A stretch of 64,000 bases of DNA from an uncultured Bacteroidales bacterium. GTDB lineage: Bacteria > Bacteroidota > Bacteroidia > Bacteroidales > VadinHA17. The notes beneath the pieces are model-generated. The model ran no database searches. It worked only from the letters and a program-made list of their open reading frames with translations, and had not been told where the DNA came from. Shown piece by piece: positions 61,392 to 64,000 of this stretch. A program made the position numbers and the translations under genes. The stretch's first letter is position 1. Each line of letters opens with the position of its first letter. The DNA lies in contig CAVTSB010000002.1 of NCBI GenBank assembly GCA_963737255.1, positions 768,341 to 832,340 of the forward strand, given 5' to 3'.

Positions 61392-62657
61392 ATGAAATCA
61401 CCACATTCATTTACTGCTAGTTTTCTTATAGTTGTATTTATAACAGGCCTGTGCAAAGTCGAGGTATTCAATGCATTGCAGGCTCAGCCGGCGCAGGTCC
61501 ACCTGAGCCTGACAGCGAAGAGAACGCCGGAGTCATCATCTTCAGTAATAGTGACCTGGTGTTCCGAAAAAAGCCCGGGTAATCAGTTTGTAAAATATGG
61601 TCCCACACCGGAAACCATAAATATTTTAAAAGCGAAAAAAGACGATTTCAATAACAAACTTGTTCTGAATGCAAAAATTAAAAAGCTGAAGCGGGGTACA
61701 AAGTATTTTTACAGGTGCGGATCAGATGAAACGGGATGGAGCCCGCTTTACTTCTTTAACACCGAGCCCGACAGCGGCAGGTTCAGGGTAGGGATAATAG
61801 GTGATACGCAAAATAACACCAATAATGAAAAATTCCAGAAAACTAAAGAAATTGCTGACCTGGTACAGATTTACTCCCCTTCTGTTACATTGCATATGGG
61901 AGATATGGTTGACAATGGATCGGTAACTTCAAACTGGACAGATTTTCTTTCCGCAACTCAGGAACTCAATGCGGTCTCGCCCCTGATGCCCGTCCTTGGA
62001 AACCATGATGTTGAGAATAAAACAGGCAAAGACTTCCAGAAACCTTATGAGGATTATCATTCACTTTTCAATATCCCGGGTGATGAAGTTAATTACTCCT
62101 TCACATATATGAATGTCAGGTTCATTGGGATATATTCAGGGTGTGCACAGGCAGCAGAAGGAATGGGACAGGTGAAATACAAACCAGGTTCTCCCGAGTA
62201 TAAATGGCTTGATTCGGAACTGGCGAAAGCCGGTAAGGACGCCAGGATCAGATGGGTGATTGTCTGGATGCACTATCCGGTCTATTCCTTCGGATGGAGC
62301 AATATTACAAAGTGGAGGGAAAATTTACTTCCGCTACTGGCAAAGCACAGGGTGGATCTTTGCATGGCCGGACACCGTCATGTATATGAACGTCACTACC
62401 AGATGAAGGATGGAGTTCCCGTGAAGAACAATTCCGGCACTGCCTTTTCGGCCGGGAAGGGAACTGTGTTTGTTACAAATGGCACTGCAGGCGGTAATCC
62501 GACAGGATTAGGGGGAAAGGATCTTCCGACAATGGCTTTCACACCTGAACGGATCATGTACAGTTTTGGGATAATGGATATAAGTAACAGATCAATTACA
62601 TACCGCGTTTTTGACAAGGATAATCTGCTGATCGACTGGTTTACGATAACAAGATAA
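61392..62657 (+). CDS. Purple-acid-phosphatase-like metallophosphoesterase (secreted)
   Basis: N-terminal FN3-like domain (VHLSLT..VTWCS). Metallophosphoesterase motifs GDTQNN, GDMVDNG, GNHD, VWMHYP, GHRHVYER. Confidence 0.8.
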   Translation: MKSPHSFTASFLIVVFITGLCKVEVFNALQAQPAQVHLSLTAKRTPESSSSVIVTWCSEKSPGNQFVKYGPTPETINILKAKKDDFNNKLVLNAKIKKLKRGTKYFYRCGSDETGWSPLYFFNTEPDSGRFRVGIIGDTQNNTNNEKFQKTKEIADLVQIYSPSVTLHMGDMVDNGSVTSNWTDFLSATQELNAVSPLMPVLGNHDVENKTGKDFQKPYEDYHSLFNIPGDEVNYSFTYMNVRFIGIYSGCAQAAEGMGQVKYKPGSPEYKWLDSELAKAGKDARIRWVIVWMHYPVYSFGWSNITKWRENLLPLLAKHRVDLCMAGHRHVYERHYQMKDGVPVKNNSGTAFSAGKGTVFVTNGTAGGNPTGLGGKDLPTMAFTPERIMYSFGIMDISNRSITYRVFDKDNLLIDWFTITR

Positions 62658-62679
62658 ATGACCGAAGACAGAAGAAAAA

Positions 62680-62700
62680 GGCAAAAGGCGAAAGGCGAAA
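62680..62700 (+). repeat. Tandem heptamers (GGCrAAA, 3 units) within a purine-rich tract 4-45 nt after the phosphatase stop codon
   Basis: accgaagacagaagaaaaag gcaaaag gcgaaag gcgaaag. Confidence 0.6.
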
Positions 62701-62854
62701 GTAATTCCTGGAAAAAAAAATAAAGCAGAATTCTATTTCGAATTTACCGCTGCAATTCAATTTTAGCATTATTTAACATCTGAAGGTCTCTCGGGATAAC
62801 TCATTGTGATTAACCGTTTTAGTCAAGTAAAAATATGCCTGGCTGGAAAATAAC

Positions 62855-62908
62855 TGTATCGTAATTGTAGCATAATTGTAACATTTTTGTAACACATATA
62901 TATATTTT
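62855..62908 (+). promoter_or_regulatory. Candidate Pho-box array: four hexamers in exact 11-bp phase (TGTATC 62855, TGTAGC 62866, TGTAAC 62877, TGTAAC 62888), followed by a -7-like TATATTTT (62901-62908)
   Basis: Read directly. Lies 60-115 nt upstream of the SusC-like ATG at 62969. Confidence 0.45.
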
Positions 62909-62968
62909 CTTATATTGTGAAGTTCGGATTAAATCCGGAATCCTAATTATAAACTTAACCTATATCTT

Positions 62969-64000
62969 ATGAAAAATGCTCTAATGGTTTTGTTATTCCT
63001 GGCATCAACATCTGTTTATGCCCAGAGAGTAACGATTACCGGAACAGTGACCGATGAGAGCGGAGCCCCCCTCCCAGGTGCGACTGTTCAGTTGAAAGGT
63101 ACACTTATGGGGGGGCTGACTGATCTGACGGGCAAATATTCAATAGAAGTAACCGGCCTGAATGCAGTGCTGGTGTTCTCATTCGTTGGATATGTCCCGA
63201 CTGAAATACCTGTTCAGAGTCAGACTGTTATAAATGCAACTTTGAAAGAAGACGTACAAGGTCTTGAGGAGGTTGTCGTTGTCGGGTATTCCACGCAAAA
63301 GAAAGCGAACCTGACAGGAGCGGTGGATCAGGTCACAAGCGGCGCTCTTGAAAACCGTACCATGTCAAACCTTACACAGGGTCTGAAAGGTGTTGTGCCA
63401 AACCTTAATATCAGGTTACTGGATGGAAAGCCCAATCAGGCTCCCAGTTTTAACATCAGGGGTCTGACCTCGATAGGACAGGGAGGAAGTGCATTAATCC
63501 TTATTGATGGAGTTGAGGGTGATCCGAGCATGATCAATCCGAACGATATTGCCAATATTTCGGTTTTGAAGGATGCTGCCTCAGCTTCAATTTATGGTGC
63601 AAGAGCAGCTTTCGGTGTGGTCCTGATCACTACCAAGGATGCTACAAAAGGCAGGACCAGCATCACCTACGGTACCAATTTTGCGCTCCGGAAGCCAATT
63701 GCAGTACCCGACCTGGTAACCGACGGTTATACTTTTGCCAAGATGTTTGCCGAATCGTTCTACAATTGGGAGAATACTTTCCCTGCAGCTGTAAATAAAA
63801 CCGCCAAATTCTCCCAGGCATATCTTGATGAGTTTGAAAGAAGAGCAACCAATCCGCTCCCTACCGACAAGGAGGTTGAAATCGATCCTGTTACGGGCGA
63901 CTATGTTTACTATGCCAGCCACGATAAATACAAGGAGTTATACAAGGACTTCACCACAGGGTTGGAGCACAACCTGTCTGTCTCGGGAAGCACTGAAACT
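62969..64000 (+). CDS. SusC/RagA-family TonB-dependent receptor, N-terminal 344 codons (runs off the window end)
   Basis: Absent from the ORF track because there is no stop before the window ends. MKNALMVLLFLASTSVYAQ, then ITGTVTDESGAPLPGATVQLKGT (CarboxypepD_reg), EVVVVGYSTQKKANLTGAV (TonB box region), and plug LLDGKPNQ..IRGLTSIGQGGSALILIDGVEGD, ISVLKDAASASIYGARAAFGVVLITTK. Confidence 0.85.
   Translation, partial: MKNALMVLLFLASTSVYAQRVTITGTVTDESGAPLPGATVQLKGTLMGGLTDLTGKYSIEVTGLNAVLVFSFVGYVPTEIPVQSQTVINATLKEDVQGLEEVVVVGYSTQKKANLTGAVDQVTSGALENRTMSNLTQGLKGVVPNLNIRLLDGKPNQAPSFNIRGLTSIGQGGSALILIDGVEGDPSMINPNDIANISVLKDAASASIYGARAAFGVVLITTKDATKGRTSITYGTNFALRKPIAVPDLVTDGYTFAKMFAESFYNWENTFPAAVNKTAKFSQAYLDEFERRATNPLPTDKEVEIDPVTGDYVYYASHDKYKELYKDFTTGLEHNLSVSGSTET

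Overview
This is a 64-kb chromosomal window from a Bacteroidota (Bacteroidales-like) genome, about 45% GC. The taxon call rests on TAnnTTTG-type promoter boxes, SusC-type and CarboxypepD_reg-type TonB-dependent receptors, a T9SS-plug (DUF5103) gene, a Na+-NQR operon and many glycoside hydrolases. Gene order: (1) molybdate/tungstate ABC permease and ATPase, then moeA, moaA and a moaC-mog fusion; (2) a DUF5103 remnant; (3) nqrABCDEF, apbE and a convergent small 4-Cys membrane protein; (4) housekeeping genes: fused E1 alpha/beta dehydrogenase, a 586-aa PEPCK/HprK-like P-loop protein, yqgE, holA, amn, an HsdR_N-domain protein, a NUDIX-HEAT fusion, tusA-like plus selD, and a second NUDIX; (5) a phosphate block: PiT, DUF47/PhoU-like, PhoR-like kinase, PhoB-like regulator, then a TonB receptor with two secreted proteins of unknown function and a FadL-like porin; (6) glycan-utilisation genes (large GH, arabinose-isomerase-like protein, TonB receptor, DUF1080, DUF4350-like, two GH105/88, GH5, GH106-like, DUF5009, purple acid phosphatase, SusC), interrupted by a beta-lactamase-fold hydrolase and an RND efflux operon. 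No rRNA, tRNA, CRISPR array, transposase, integrase or recognisable defence system was seen. Main observations: frameshifts are confined to three blocks while multi-kb ORFs elsewhere are intact. Phased TGTAAC repeats with an 11-bp period (Pho-box-like) lie upstream of four transcription units, two of them TonB receptors. There is a two-copy MITE-like element and a family of 7-8-bp tandem arrays directly after stop codons. Several proteins are uncharacterised. All protein-family calls come from motif recognition by eye, with no database search. Coordinates of frameshifted genes are approximate.
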